Shown piece after piece: positions 33,045-41,088 of a DNA stretch of 56,522 nucleotides. Source of the DNA: a bacterium (GTDB lineage Bacteria; Patescibacteriota; Patescibacteriia; Patescibacteriales; VMTK01). How positions within the stretch are numbered: the first letter of the stretch is position 1; the number at the start of each line of letters is the position of its first letter. The notes beneath the pieces were generated by a model. The model was not told the origin of the DNA, did not search any database, and saw only the letters and a list, made by a program, of their open reading frames with translations. Made by a program: the position numbers and the translations under genes. Where the stretch lies: NCBI GenBank assembly GCA_030693295.1, contig JAUYAT010000057.1:1-56522 (forward strand), in the 5' to 3' direction.

Positions 33045-33255
33045 GCCCTCGTAGTTTCCGCCCAAGGCGGATCAGCCTCTGGCTGACAATAGGTACCTGC
33101 CCGCCATGGCCTGAGCCCCCGTAGTTTAATGGATAGAATAGGAGACTCCTAAGCTCTAGATAGAGGTTCGATTCCTCTCGGGGGCACAGGCGATGGCAGG
33201 CGGGGAATAGGAAACTCCTAAGCTTTATATAGAGGTTCGATTCCTCTCGAGGGCA
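33045..33255 (+). pseudogene. tRNA-Arg(CCU)-like gene split in the D-arm; outer member of a second nested tRNA pair, anticodon stem degenerate
   Basis: 5' piece GCCCTCG-TA-GTTT (33045-33057). 3' piece GAAT-A-GGAAA-CTCCTAA-GCTTT-ATAT-AGAGG-TTCGATT-CCTCT-CGAGGGC-A (33205-33255). The acceptor stem pairs perfectly, with a compensatory T5/A68 change relative to the inner gene. Confidence 0.5.
33115..33186 (+). tRNA. tRNA-Arg(CCU)
   Basis: GCCCCCG/CGGGGGC acceptor, D-arm GTTT-AATGGATA-GAAT, anticodon arm GGAGA-CTCCTAA-GCTCT (one A-G mismatch), T-arm AGAGG-TTCGATT-CCTCT, discriminator A. Confidence 0.8.
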
Positions 33256-33326
33256 CATTTATTATTTTAGATTGATGATTTAGATGTTAATTAGGTTGTT
33301 CTATGTAGAAAAATAAGTATAAAATA

Positions 33327-33470
33327 ACTCCGCCCTGCCCCTCCTCTTATACAAGAGGAGGGAACAATTCCCCAAGCCATCTCCTTAAATAAGAGGAGGG
33401 AATTATGAGCAGGTGTTATTTCATCCCCTCCTCTAAGATTAGAGGAGGGCAAGGGAGGAGTTGACGGACG
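33327..33470. repeat. composite hairpin repeat family B, unit 1 (upstream of DUF559 gene)
   Basis: AACTCCGCCCTGCCCCTCC...GGAGGGCAAGGGAGGAGTT outer inverted repeat encloses three CCCTCCTCT-N-AGAGGAGGG hairpins. Confidence 0.8.
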
Positions 33471-33513
33471 GGAAGACAGCATATGGTATTTAAAAAAAAC
33501 AAACAATCATCTT

Positions 33514-33903
33514 ATGTCCCAAGTATTTAATTTGCCACATCAAAAAGCATTAAGAAGAAAATTAAGGAAGCAGGAAGTTGGAGCAGAAAAGAAATTATGG
33601 CATAGATTAAAGCTTGATCAACTTGGTTTTAGATTTCGCCGGCAATACGGAATTGGAAAATATATAGTGGATTTTTATTGCCCATTATTAAAATTAGCGA
33701 TAGAGCTTGATGGTGCAACCCATTCTACCAATGAAGAAATAAAAGATGATATTAAAAGGCAAAAATATTTAGAAAATTTAGGATTAACAGTTAAAAGATA
33801 TTTAAACATTGATGTATATGAAAATTTGGACACGGTGATTGATGATATTTATAAAAGTTGTATATTTTTAAAATCAAAAATAAAAGATGGGAGCGAGAAG
33901 TAA
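33514..33903 (+). CDS. DUF559 / Vsr-like endonuclease-domain protein
   Basis: E..LW..L......G..FRRQ..IG.YIVDFYC....LAIELDG..H pattern typical of DUF559 (restriction-endonuclease-like fold). Confidence 0.85.
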   Translation: MSQVFNLPHQKALRRKLRKQEVGAEKKLWHRLKLDQLGFRFRRQYGIGKYIVDFYCPLLKLAIELDGATHSTNEEIKDDIKRQKYLENLGLTVKRYLNIDVYENLDTVIDDIYKSCIFLKSKIKDGSEK

Positions 33904-33910
33904 GTTTTTT

Positions 33911-34125
33911 TACTCCACCCCAGCCCTCCTCTTAAACAAGAGGAGGGGGTTACTTCACCCCGTCCTTTCTCTTATCAAAGAGGAGGGAACTATGAGCAGG
34001 TATTATTTCGTCCCCTCCTCTAAGATTAGAGGAGGGCAAGGGAGGAGTTGACGAACGTGCTTTTACTCCGCCCTGCCCCTCCTCTTATACAAGAGGAGGG
34101 AACTATATTAAACAAGAAGAGGGGA
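33911..34125. repeat. composite hairpin repeat family B, unit 2 plus a partial unit 3
   Basis: 33911-34056 is a direct repeat of 33327-33470 with scattered substitutions. 34063-34110 repeats the first hairpin again. Confidence 0.8.
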
Positions 34126-34196
34126 TGAGCGCGTATGTTTGCAAAATGTTAATAATATATTATACTTAAAAATAGCATAAATCAAAAATTTTAAGC

Positions 34197-34270
34197 GGGC
34201 CATTAGCTCAGTTGGCTAGAGCGCTTCCATGGCATGGAAGAGGCCAAGGGTTCAAGTCCCTTATGGTCCA
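34197..34270 (+). tRNA. tRNA-Ala(GGC)
   Basis: Acceptor GGGCCAT/ATGGTCC with the G3-U70 Ala identity pair, anticodon arm CTTCC-ATGGCAT-GGAAG, T-arm AAGGG-TTCAAGT-CCCTT. Confidence 0.9.
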
Positions 34271-34296
34271 CATTGGTATATGTATCTACATAATTT

Positions 34297-34875
34297 ATGC
34301 AAAAAAGAATTTTTATAATTCACGGTTGGGACGGTTATCCCGAAGAAGGGTGGTTTCCTTGGCTTAAAAAAGAATTAGAAACAAGGGGATTTGATGTTTT
34401 CGTGCCGCAGCTTCCTAAACCGGATGAACCGAGAATCAATAGTTGGGTGCCAAAACTTAAAGAGGTTGTAGGAATTCCAGATGATAAAACTTATTTTGTC
34501 GGTCACAGTATGGGTTGCCAGACAATTGCCCGCTACTTGGAAACATTGCCAGAAAACACAAAAGTTGGTGGCGCGGTTTTTATTGCCGGTTTTTTTAAAC
34601 GGCTCACAAATCTTGAAGATGACGATGTTGTCCGCAGTGTTTCTGAAGAATGGCTTAAAACGCCAATAAATCTCAAAAAGGTAAAAACTCATCTCAAAAA
34701 GAGCGTGGCTATTTTTTCTGACGACGATCCGTATGTTCCTTTGGATAATAAAGAAGAATTTGCTGATGCGTTGGGGGCAAAAATAGTAATTGAACATAAC
34801 AAGGGGCATTTTTGTGATAGCGTTGATATGGAATTATCAGTTGCTCTTAAGTCAGTGCTGGAAATAGCCGTATAG
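34297..34875 (+). CDS. RBBP9/YdeN-family alpha/beta serine hydrolase
   Basis: IFIIHGW...PEEGWFPWLK..L, nucleophile elbow GHSMG, C-terminal D...GHF. Confidence 0.8.
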   Translation: MQKRIFIIHGWDGYPEEGWFPWLKKELETRGFDVFVPQLPKPDEPRINSWVPKLKEVVGIPDDKTYFVGHSMGCQTIARYLETLPENTKVGGAVFIAGFFKRLTNLEDDDVVRSVSEEWLKTPINLKKVKTHLKKSVAIFSDDDPYVPLDNKEEFADALGAKIVIEHNKGHFCDSVDMELSVALKSVLEIAV

Positions 34876-34935
34876 TCTTTTGCTCCACATAGAATATATT
34901 AAATTTTTTATTTATTCGTGTAATATTAGCAAAAT

Positions 34936-35250
34936 ATGATATTTACTGATCAAAATTTTAATCAAGAAGTTGAAAATTATAACGGATTGGCATTAGTGGA
35001 TTTTTTTGCGGAATGGTGCGGGCCTTGCAAATTATTGGCGCCGGTTATTGATGAGTTGATTGAAGAATATAAAGGCAAAAGTGTAAAAATCGGCAAATTA
35101 AATGTTGATGAAAATAAAGAGATTGCCGAGAAATATAATATTATGGGCATACCCGCGATAATTATATTTAAAGAAGGGAAAATTGTCGTACAATTAACCG
35201 GCTATCAGCCGAAAGAGACATTGAAAGAATTGATTGACAAAAATATATAA
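34936..35250 (+). CDS. trxA: thioredoxin
   Basis: VDFFAEWCGPCKLLAP active site, 104 aa. Confidence 0.92.
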   Translation: MIFTDQNFNQEVENYNGLALVDFFAEWCGPCKLLAPVIDELIEEYKGKSVKIGKLNVDENKEIAEKYNIMGIPAIIIFKEGKIVVQLTGYQPKETLKELIDKNI

Positions 35251-35276
35251 ATATGTTTTTATATAAATTATTATAA

Positions 35277-35358
35277 TTTAAAGTCTACATTTTTGTAGAC
35301 TTTAAATTGTTTTTGCTTAATTTTGGCTTAAAGTGGATAAGTCCACAATACTGTGGAC
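35277..35358. repeat. second locus of GTC(T/C)ACA palindromes plus a DnaA-box-like site
   Basis: TTTAAAGTCTACATTTTTGTAGACTTTAAA (35277-35305). AGTGGATAA (35332-35340, 8 of 9 to TGTGGATAA). Perfect palindrome GTCCACAATACTGTGGAC (35341-35358). Confidence 0.65.
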
Positions 35359-35450
35359 TAAAAATTGAGTGATTGGCTAATGTTAGCTAATTTTGTTTTT
35401 GGGGATAATCTGGGGAAAAATAGAAAAAATAAGGAATAAATAAATTTTTT

Positions 35451-35495
35451 AACTCCACCCCAACCCTCCTTTTATACAAAAGGAGGGAATAATGT
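35451..35495. repeat. solo partial copy of repeat family B
   Basis: TTAACTCCACCCCAACCCTCCTTTTATACAAAAGGAGGG. Confidence 0.7.
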
Positions 35496-35522
35496 TATAA
35501 TTGTATAAAGCAAACAATAAGT

Positions 35523-37061
35523 ATGAGATATTTTAAAAATAATTTGGGCAATCTATTTTTTTCAAGCGCTGTTATTTTTTTCGCGGCAGTTATTTTTTTG
35601 CCGGCCGTTTATATTTTGACTTATTTTTTTAAAACGGAAATTTTTGTTACCAAGGAAATCGTTAAATCAATAATTTTATCCTTTGAAATCGGGCTGATTG
35701 TAACTTTTATTGACCTTATTTTCGGCCTGCCCTTGGCATGGAGCTTGGTTAGAAGCAAATCAAGGTTTATTAAATGGCTTGACAGCTTGATTGATCTTTC
35801 ATTGGTGATGCCAACCGCCGCTTTGGGTTTTTCCGTTTATTTGTATTGGGGCAGTAAATTCGGCTTGGCGCGGCTTTTAGGGCTTGAGGGCGGAATTTTT
35901 TCCAAAGGGCCGATGCTGATTATTTTATTGCATGTTGTTTTTACCCTGCCTTATATGGCGCGCTCAATCGCCGCCGCCATTGCCCAGATTAATTTAACTT
36001 ACGAGCAGGCCGCGCTTACATTGGGGGCGAATCCTTTTACGATTTTCAGGACCATTTCCCTGCCTTTGTTTAAAAACGGCGTAATTACCGGCTCAATTTT
36101 GTCTTTTACCAGAAGCCTTTCGGAAACCGGCGCGACCATGATGGTGGCCGGCGCTTTTACCACCGCTCCGGTATTGATTATCGGATTAAAAGAAGCGGGG
36201 CAGATTCCCCAAGCCGCCGCAGTAAGCGTTATTTTAATATTAAGCGCGATTATTATTTTGTTTTTGGCGAAATTATTGTTAAAAGAAAAAACAATTAATT
36301 TGGAAAAAGTTTATCCTGTTTTTGAAAAATCGCTTTTAAATTTAAAAGCGATAAAAAATATAGCCGTGGCCCTGTTTTTTGTTTTTGTTGTTTTTTTGCC
36401 GACAATTTTTATCGTTTTTTTCAATTTAACCAATTTTTATTTTTTTCTTAACAGCATTTTGTTTAAAAGTTTGATTATATCTTTTGCCATCGCTTTTTTA
36501 GTTACATTGGTCAATTTATTTTTTTCAATTCCGCTGGCTTATTTGATCGCCCGCAACAGATATCGGATGGGAAAATTATTGGACAGCTTGAGCGAAGTGG
36601 TGCTGTTGGTGCCGACCAGCGCTTTGGGGCTTTCTTTGGTTTTGTTCTGGCGGCAATTTTTAAACCAGGAAATTTTAATTTTAATTTTAACCCATCTGAG
36701 TTTTTCTTTCCCCCTGCTCGTTAAGCCTCTGGCGGCCGCTTTTAAAGACATTCCTTTGTCTTTGGAGGAGGCATCTTATTCTTTGGGCACGAGCGGCAAG
36801 GAGATGTTTATTAAAATTCTTTTGCCCTTGATCAAGCCGGCTATTATCGCCGGTTCAATAATGGCGTTTATGCGCAGTCTTTCGGAAACCGGCGCCACTT
36901 TGGCCGTGACGGGTAAAATTAAAACCATTCCGATTTTAATCGTTGAATTTGTTGAAAGAGGGGAATTTAACCAAGCCGCTTTTGCCTGCGTTGTTTTATT
37001 TATAATCGCGTTTGCTTTTTTAATTATTTTAAAGCATAATAAATTCAGTAAAACATCTTAA
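35523..37061 (+). CDS. fused two-domain ABC importer permease (CysTW/ModB/FbpB-like)
   Basis: 12 TM segments. Two copies of the EAA-loop pattern (A..LGA.....F..I.LP and SLSETGAT). Confidence 0.8.
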   Translation: MRYFKNNLGNLFFSSAVIFFAAVIFLPAVYILTYFFKTEIFVTKEIVKSIILSFEIGLIVTFIDLIFGLPLAWSLVRSKSRFIKWLDSLIDLSLVMPTAALGFSVYLYWGSKFGLARLLGLEGGIFSKGPMLIILLHVVFTLPYMARSIAAAIAQINLTYEQAALTLGANPFTIFRTISLPLFKNGVITGSILSFTRSLSETGATMMVAGAFTTAPVLIIGLKEAGQIPQAAAVSVILILSAIIILFLAKLLLKEKTINLEKVYPVFEKSLLNLKAIKNIAVALFFVFVVFLPTIFIVFFNLTNFYFFLNSILFKSLIISFAIAFLVTLVNLFFSIPLAYLIARNRYRMGKLLDSLSEVVLLVPTSALGLSLVLFWRQFLNQEILILILTHLSFSFPLLVKPLAAAFKDIPLSLEEASYSLGTSGKEMFIKILLPLIKPAIIAGSIMAFMRSLSETGATLAVTGKIKTIPILIVEFVERGEFNQAAFACVVLFIIAFAFLIILKHNKFSKTS

Positions 37062-37065
37062 CAAT

Positions 37066-38160
37066 ATGCCAGAGGTTGAAATTAAAAATTTAACGAAAAA
37101 ATACAAATCGCAAAAAGGCGAAAAAATCACGGCCATTAATGATGTTAATTTAAAAATAGAAGATAAGCATTATAATACTTTATTGGGGCCTTCAGGGTGC
37201 GGTAAAACCACTTTGCTTAGGATTATCGCCGGCTTAATCAAGCCGACTTGCGGCAAAATTTTATTTGACGGCGAAGATGTTACGGATGTTTTGCCGGAGG
37301 AGAGGAATATCGGTTTTGTCTTTCAGGATTTCGCGGTATTTCCCCATTTGGATGTTTGGCATAATGTAAGCTACGGGCCGACAGTCAAGGGCTGGCCAAA
37401 AGAAAAAATAAAAAAAACAACCCAAGAAAATTTAAAATTAGTCGGACTTGCCAACAGGCCGAAAGCTTTGCCGAAAGAATTGTCCGGCGGCATGCAGCAA
37501 AGATTGGGCCTGGCCAGAGCGCTTGCAACGCAATCAAAGCTTTTGCTTTTAGACGAGCCGCTTTCCGCTTTGGATGCTAAAATTGGAGCGTATTTAAGGT
37601 ATGAATTAAGAAAGATAGTTAAAAAGAATCATCTAACCGCTATTCATGTTACCCATAACCAAGAAGAAGCCATGACTATTTCAGACAATATTATTTTAAT
37701 GAGGGGCGGGGAGATTGTTCAGACAGGCAGTCCGGAAGAGCTTTACCAGCGGCCAAATTCCGTTTTCGCCGCCAATTTTTTAGGCAAATGCAACTTTTTC
37801 AAATGCGACAAAATATCAAGCCATAAAGCAAGTTATCACGGTAAAATTATTAAAACGGAGAAAGAGATAAAAGATAAAAAAATAATTTTGGGAATCAGGC
37901 CGGAGAAAATACATCTTGAATCAAATATTGACGAGGGCATGATTACCGGCAAAATTGAGCTGATAAATTTTTTGGGTCATCTTTATGAATATAGGATTAA
38001 TGTCAACGGAGCGACCGTGAAGGCCTATAAAAGGTATAAAGAAGAAAAAGTAAGGCGCAAGTTTAAATTAGGCGACAAGATATCTTTTTGGTTTCATCCG
38101 GAGGATGTGTTAATTTTTAAAGAGCCGAATGATTTTAAAAAGGAATTGAGATTGGATTAA
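37066..38160 (+). CDS. ABC transporter ATP-binding protein with C-terminal TOBE-like domain
   Basis: GPSGCGKTT Walker A, LSGGMQQR signature, LLLDEPLSALD Walker B, H-loop TH. Confidence 0.9.
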   Translation: MPEVEIKNLTKKYKSQKGEKITAINDVNLKIEDKHYNTLLGPSGCGKTTLLRIIAGLIKPTCGKILFDGEDVTDVLPEERNIGFVFQDFAVFPHLDVWHNVSYGPTVKGWPKEKIKKTTQENLKLVGLANRPKALPKELSGGMQQRLGLARALATQSKLLLLDEPLSALDAKIGAYLRYELRKIVKKNHLTAIHVTHNQEEAMTISDNIILMRGGEIVQTGSPEELYQRPNSVFAANFLGKCNFFKCDKISSHKASYHGKIIKTEKEIKDKKIILGIRPEKIHLESNIDEGMITGKIELINFLGHLYEYRINVNGATVKAYKRYKEEKVRRKFKLGDKISFWFHPEDVLIFKEPNDFKKELRLD

Positions 38161-38183
38161 TTAATAAATTAATAAATTTATCT

Positions 38184-39134
38184 ATGTACGACACAATAAT
38201 AATAGGAACAGGGCCGGCTGGGTTTACCGCCGGAATTTACGCGGCGCGCCGGGAAATGAAAACTTTGATTATCGGCAAGGAAATGGGCGGGCAATTGATT
38301 TGGGCTTCGGAAATAGAAAATTATCCGGGCTTTAAATCAATCAGCAGTTTTGATTTGATCAATAAGATGAATGAGCAAGTCAAGGCGTTGGGCGTGGAAA
38401 TAAAAAGCGATGAAGTGAAAAAGATAGAAAACAAGGATAATAAGTTTGTTTTGCATACCAGCAGGGATATTTATGAGGCCCGCACCGTTATTTTAGCCAT
38501 GGGCTTGTCGCCGCGCCGTTTAGCTATCCCCGGAGAGGAAAAATTAACCGGCAAAGGAGTTTCTTATTGCGCCAACTGCGACGGCCCTTTTTACAAAAAT
38601 AAAACCGTGGCTGTCGTGGGCGGAGGCAACAGCGCCCTGGACGCGGCTGAAATTTTGTCCAAGATTGCTAAAAAAGTTTACTTAATCCATCGCCGGGACG
38701 AATTCAGGGGCTTTGAGTCGTTGGTTAACGAAATAAAGGCAAGGAAAAATATTGAGCTTGTTTTAAACAGCGAGCCGAGAGAAGTTATCGGGGAAAATAA
38801 ACTGGAAAAGATAAAAATTTTTAACAATAAAACGCGGAAAGAAAAAGATTTGGAAATTGACGGCTTGTTTGTGGAGATCGGCCGCATTGCCAACACTGAT
38901 TTAGTGGCTGATTTGGTGAAGCGCAATGAACGCGGTGAAATTATCGCGGATGAAAAATGTATGACCAATTGTCCGGGCATGTTCGCGGCCGGCGATGTAA
39001 CGCCGGTTGAATTCAAGCAGATTACTATCGCCTGCGGCCAGGGTACGATCGCGGCTTTGGCGGCTTACCAGTATTTGCGGCTGAAGCAAGGCGAGAGCGG
39101 AGAGGTTGTTGACAGGAGCTATATGAAAAAATAG
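38184..39134 (+). CDS. trxB: thioredoxin-disulfide reductase
   Basis: IIGTGPAG FAD motif, redox-active CANCDG, VVGGGNSA NADPH motif, GDV. Confidence 0.92.
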   Translation: MYDTIIIGTGPAGFTAGIYAARREMKTLIIGKEMGGQLIWASEIENYPGFKSISSFDLINKMNEQVKALGVEIKSDEVKKIENKDNKFVLHTSRDIYEARTVILAMGLSPRRLAIPGEEKLTGKGVSYCANCDGPFYKNKTVAVVGGGNSALDAAEILSKIAKKVYLIHRRDEFRGFESLVNEIKARKNIELVLNSEPREVIGENKLEKIKIFNNKTRKEKDLEIDGLFVEIGRIANTDLVADLVKRNERGEIIADEKCMTNCPGMFAAGDVTPVEFKQITIACGQGTIAALAAYQYLRLKQGESGEVVDRSYMKK

Positions 39135-39239
39135 AAACCCGCCCTTTTAAATTTATAAAAGATCAGTTAAAATATAGTCATGCATGCGTAAATAATAATA
39201 AATTTCGCATAATGAGAGCGTTGAATAATTCCTTCTCTT

Positions 39240-39382
39240 TGTCATTCCCAGCTTGACTGGGAATCCAGGAGTTAGTGGTATGAATAAGAAAATAGATAAA
39301 AGTATTAAAAGTATTAAACTTTTTATTAATTATTCGCGTTTCTGCGGTTCACTCCTGGATTCCCGCTTTCGCGGGAATGACA
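39240..39382. repeat. palindromic repeat family A, inverted pair with about 80-nt spacer
   Basis: TGTCATTCCCAGCTTGACTGGGAATCCAGGAG (variant loop) and CTCCTGGATTCCCGCTTTCGCGGGAATGACA. Confidence 0.8.
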
Positions 39383-39467
39383 ATGGAGGAGGTAAATTTA
39401 ATTATTCAACAGTCTAATAATATACAAATTTTGTATATTATCCGTTAATAAGTTCGCATATTAACGA

Positions 39468-39560
39468 GTTATGCCGAAATCGCTCGCTCCCCCTCGCCTG
39501 CGGGCTCGGGTCGCTCGCTCCTTTTCGGCATAACGGCTTCGGAAATAATTCCGGTTATGC
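39468..39560 (+). repeat. GC-rich block bounded by GTTATGC / GCATAAC / GTTATGC core-like motifs (degenerate attC-like remnants)
   Basis: GTTATGCCGAAA...TTTCGGCATAAC palindrome (39468-39534). Short GCATAAC..GGTTATGC palindrome (39528-39560). Confidence 0.35.
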
Positions 39561-39588
39561 TCCGCCGCTCGCTTTCGCTCGCGACTTC

Positions 39589-39671
39589 GCATAACACGGA
39601 ATACGCGAAATGGCCTCTCGCCGCACTGCGGTGCGGCTCCGGCCACATCGCTTATTCCGAAGCCGTTAAAC
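39589..39671 (+). repeat. attC-like structured site 1
   Basis: GCATAAC ... GTTAAAC. Folds as AAC/GTT box, 1x5 internal loop, 7-bp CGGAATA/TATTCCG box and a long imperfect terminal hairpin. It ends 24 nt before the next ATG. Confidence 0.45.
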
Positions 39672-39694
39672 GAAAAAAATTTTATCCTAGTGCT

Positions 39695-40324
39695 ATGAAA
39701 ACATTAATTCTCACTTCAAGTGGACAATTTATCACCGCTAATAATGTGGATGATTTTTTGCCGAAGAAAATAACCGATTGTAAAATCGCGTATATTATAA
39801 CTGCATCAAAAAAAGTGTCGGATACTGGATATATTGATAGACATCGGCAAAAAATGGACGAGCTGAACTTCTCCTATGACGAGATTGATATTGCTGGTAT
39901 GAATGAAAACGAATTAAAAAAGGCACTCGACGGGCATGATATTATTATGGTTGAAGGTGGCAACACATTTTATTTATTAAAAGCTATTCGTGAAAGTGGC
40001 TTTGAAAATGTTGCAAAAGATTTAATTGAGAGGGGTGTGGTTTACATTGGTTCAAGCGCTGGCTCTTATGTTGCGTGCCCGTCGATAATTGTATCAACTT
40101 ACGCCAAGAAACAAAAAGACAGGTGTGGCGTCACGGATCTTACAGCTATGAATTTAGTGCCTTTTTTAATTAAGGCTCATTACACTCCAGACATGTTGCC
40201 AGATTTGAAAGATATCAAAAAAAATATAGAATACCCGTTGCATGTTTTGAATGACCAGCAAGCTTTATTAATCAGGAACGGAGAAGTTCAGCTCTTAGGT
40301 GGCGGTGACGAAATAATATTATAG
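39695..40324 (+). CDS. peptidase E / S51-family (type 1 glutamine amidotransferase-like) protein
   Basis: MVEGGNTFYLL and YIGSSAGS (nucleophile Ser) motifs. ATG at 39695 chosen because the upstream part of the ORF is read from GC-rich repeats. Confidence 0.8.
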   Translation: MKTLILTSSGQFITANNVDDFLPKKITDCKIAYIITASKKVSDTGYIDRHRQKMDELNFSYDEIDIAGMNENELKKALDGHDIIMVEGGNTFYLLKAIRESGFENVAKDLIERGVVYIGSSAGSYVACPSIIVSTYAKKQKDRCGVTDLTAMNLVPFLIKAHYTPDMLPDLKDIKKNIEYPLHVLNDQQALLIRNGEVQLLGGGDEIIL

Positions 40325-40356
40325 GTGGGCTAACAACGACGGATAAAATTTTCATC

Positions 40357-40484
40357 GTTTAACACGGCATATCCGGTTCAGGAATTTCTCGCATTTATAA
40401 TTCAAGGTAAGAAAAATTCCTTCTCCCAAATTTTTGTTCCGCTATCGCTGCACAAAAACTTCGGATGATGCCGATACGTTATCG
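40357..40484 (+). repeat. attC-like structured site 2
   Basis: GTTTAAC (fits RYYYAAC) ... GTTATCG. AAC/GTT box, 1x4 internal loop, CGGCAT/ATGCCG box, one extrahelical G, ATCCG/CGGAT box, about 80-nt variable terminal structure. Confidence 0.5.
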
Positions 40485-40516
40485 GAAATTGAAAAAATTT
40501 TATCCCTCTCAAATCT

Positions 40517-40981
40517 ATGAAAGTATTTATTGAAAACGAAGCTGGTAGTGACCAAAAAAATCTCTACAATGAGAAAACTTTGAAATACAAAAAAACTGTT
40601 ACAGTATCGAGAAAATATCCCTACCCTTATGGTTTCATTTTGGATACAACTAGCGGAGATGGCGATAATGTGGACGCCTTTATCATCACTGACAAATCGC
40701 TGAAGTCTGGGCAGATTGTTGAATGTGAACCTATTGGACTCATGGAGCAAATGGAAAAATCGTGGGATGAATCTCGGGGCGATACAGAAGAAGTCGATCA
40801 CAATGTTCTTGCGGTGTTGTCAGGAGATGATCAGAATGTTGTCAGTGATGAAGTAAAGGCTCGTCTTACGGATTTCGTGCTTCATGTCTTCGACCACATT
40901 CGTCCTAACAAAAATCGGGTAGGGAATTTTCTCGATAAGCAGGAAGCGTTAAAGTACATTGAAAGCTGTAAGGATGGATAG
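40517..40981 (+). CDS. family I inorganic pyrophosphatase-like protein (short)
   Basis: YPYPYGFILDTTSGDGDNVDAFII matches the PPase Y-P-x-N-Y-G-F-I-P / D-G-D-P-x-D core. Confidence 0.7.
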   Translation: MKVFIENEAGSDQKNLYNEKTLKYKKTVTVSRKYPYPYGFILDTTSGDGDNVDAFIITDKSLKSGQIVECEPIGLMEQMEKSWDESRGDTEEVDHNVLAVLSGDDQNVVSDEVKARLTDFVLHVFDHIRPNKNRVGNFLDKQEALKYIESCKDG

Positions 40982-41010
40982 CCATGACGGGATAAATTTT
41001 TTTCAACATC

Positions 41011-41088
41011 CGATAACACGGCATATCTGGAAAAAGTTTTTACAAAACTTTTTCGCAAATTGCTACGCACTTCGGATACGCCGATACG
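41011..41088 (+). repeat. attC-like structured site 3, left part (interrupted by IS)
   Basis: CGATAACACGGCATATCTGG ... CTTCGGATACGCCGATACG. Continues at 42416-42430 with ACCGATTCGTTAGCC. Confidence 0.45.

Noticed and set aside
33025-33258. 77-aa minus-strand ORF (MCPREESNLYIKLR...)
   Set aside because: It is the antisense reading of two tRNA bodies. The repeated PREESNLY peptide is the T-arm/acceptor region, so this is not a gene.
39461-39694. N-terminal 46 codons of the 255-aa ORF, and the antisense 61-aa ORF
   Set aside because: The sequence consists of GC-rich palindromic repeats (attC-like remnants). The S51 peptidase homology begins at MKTLILTSSG (ATG 39695).
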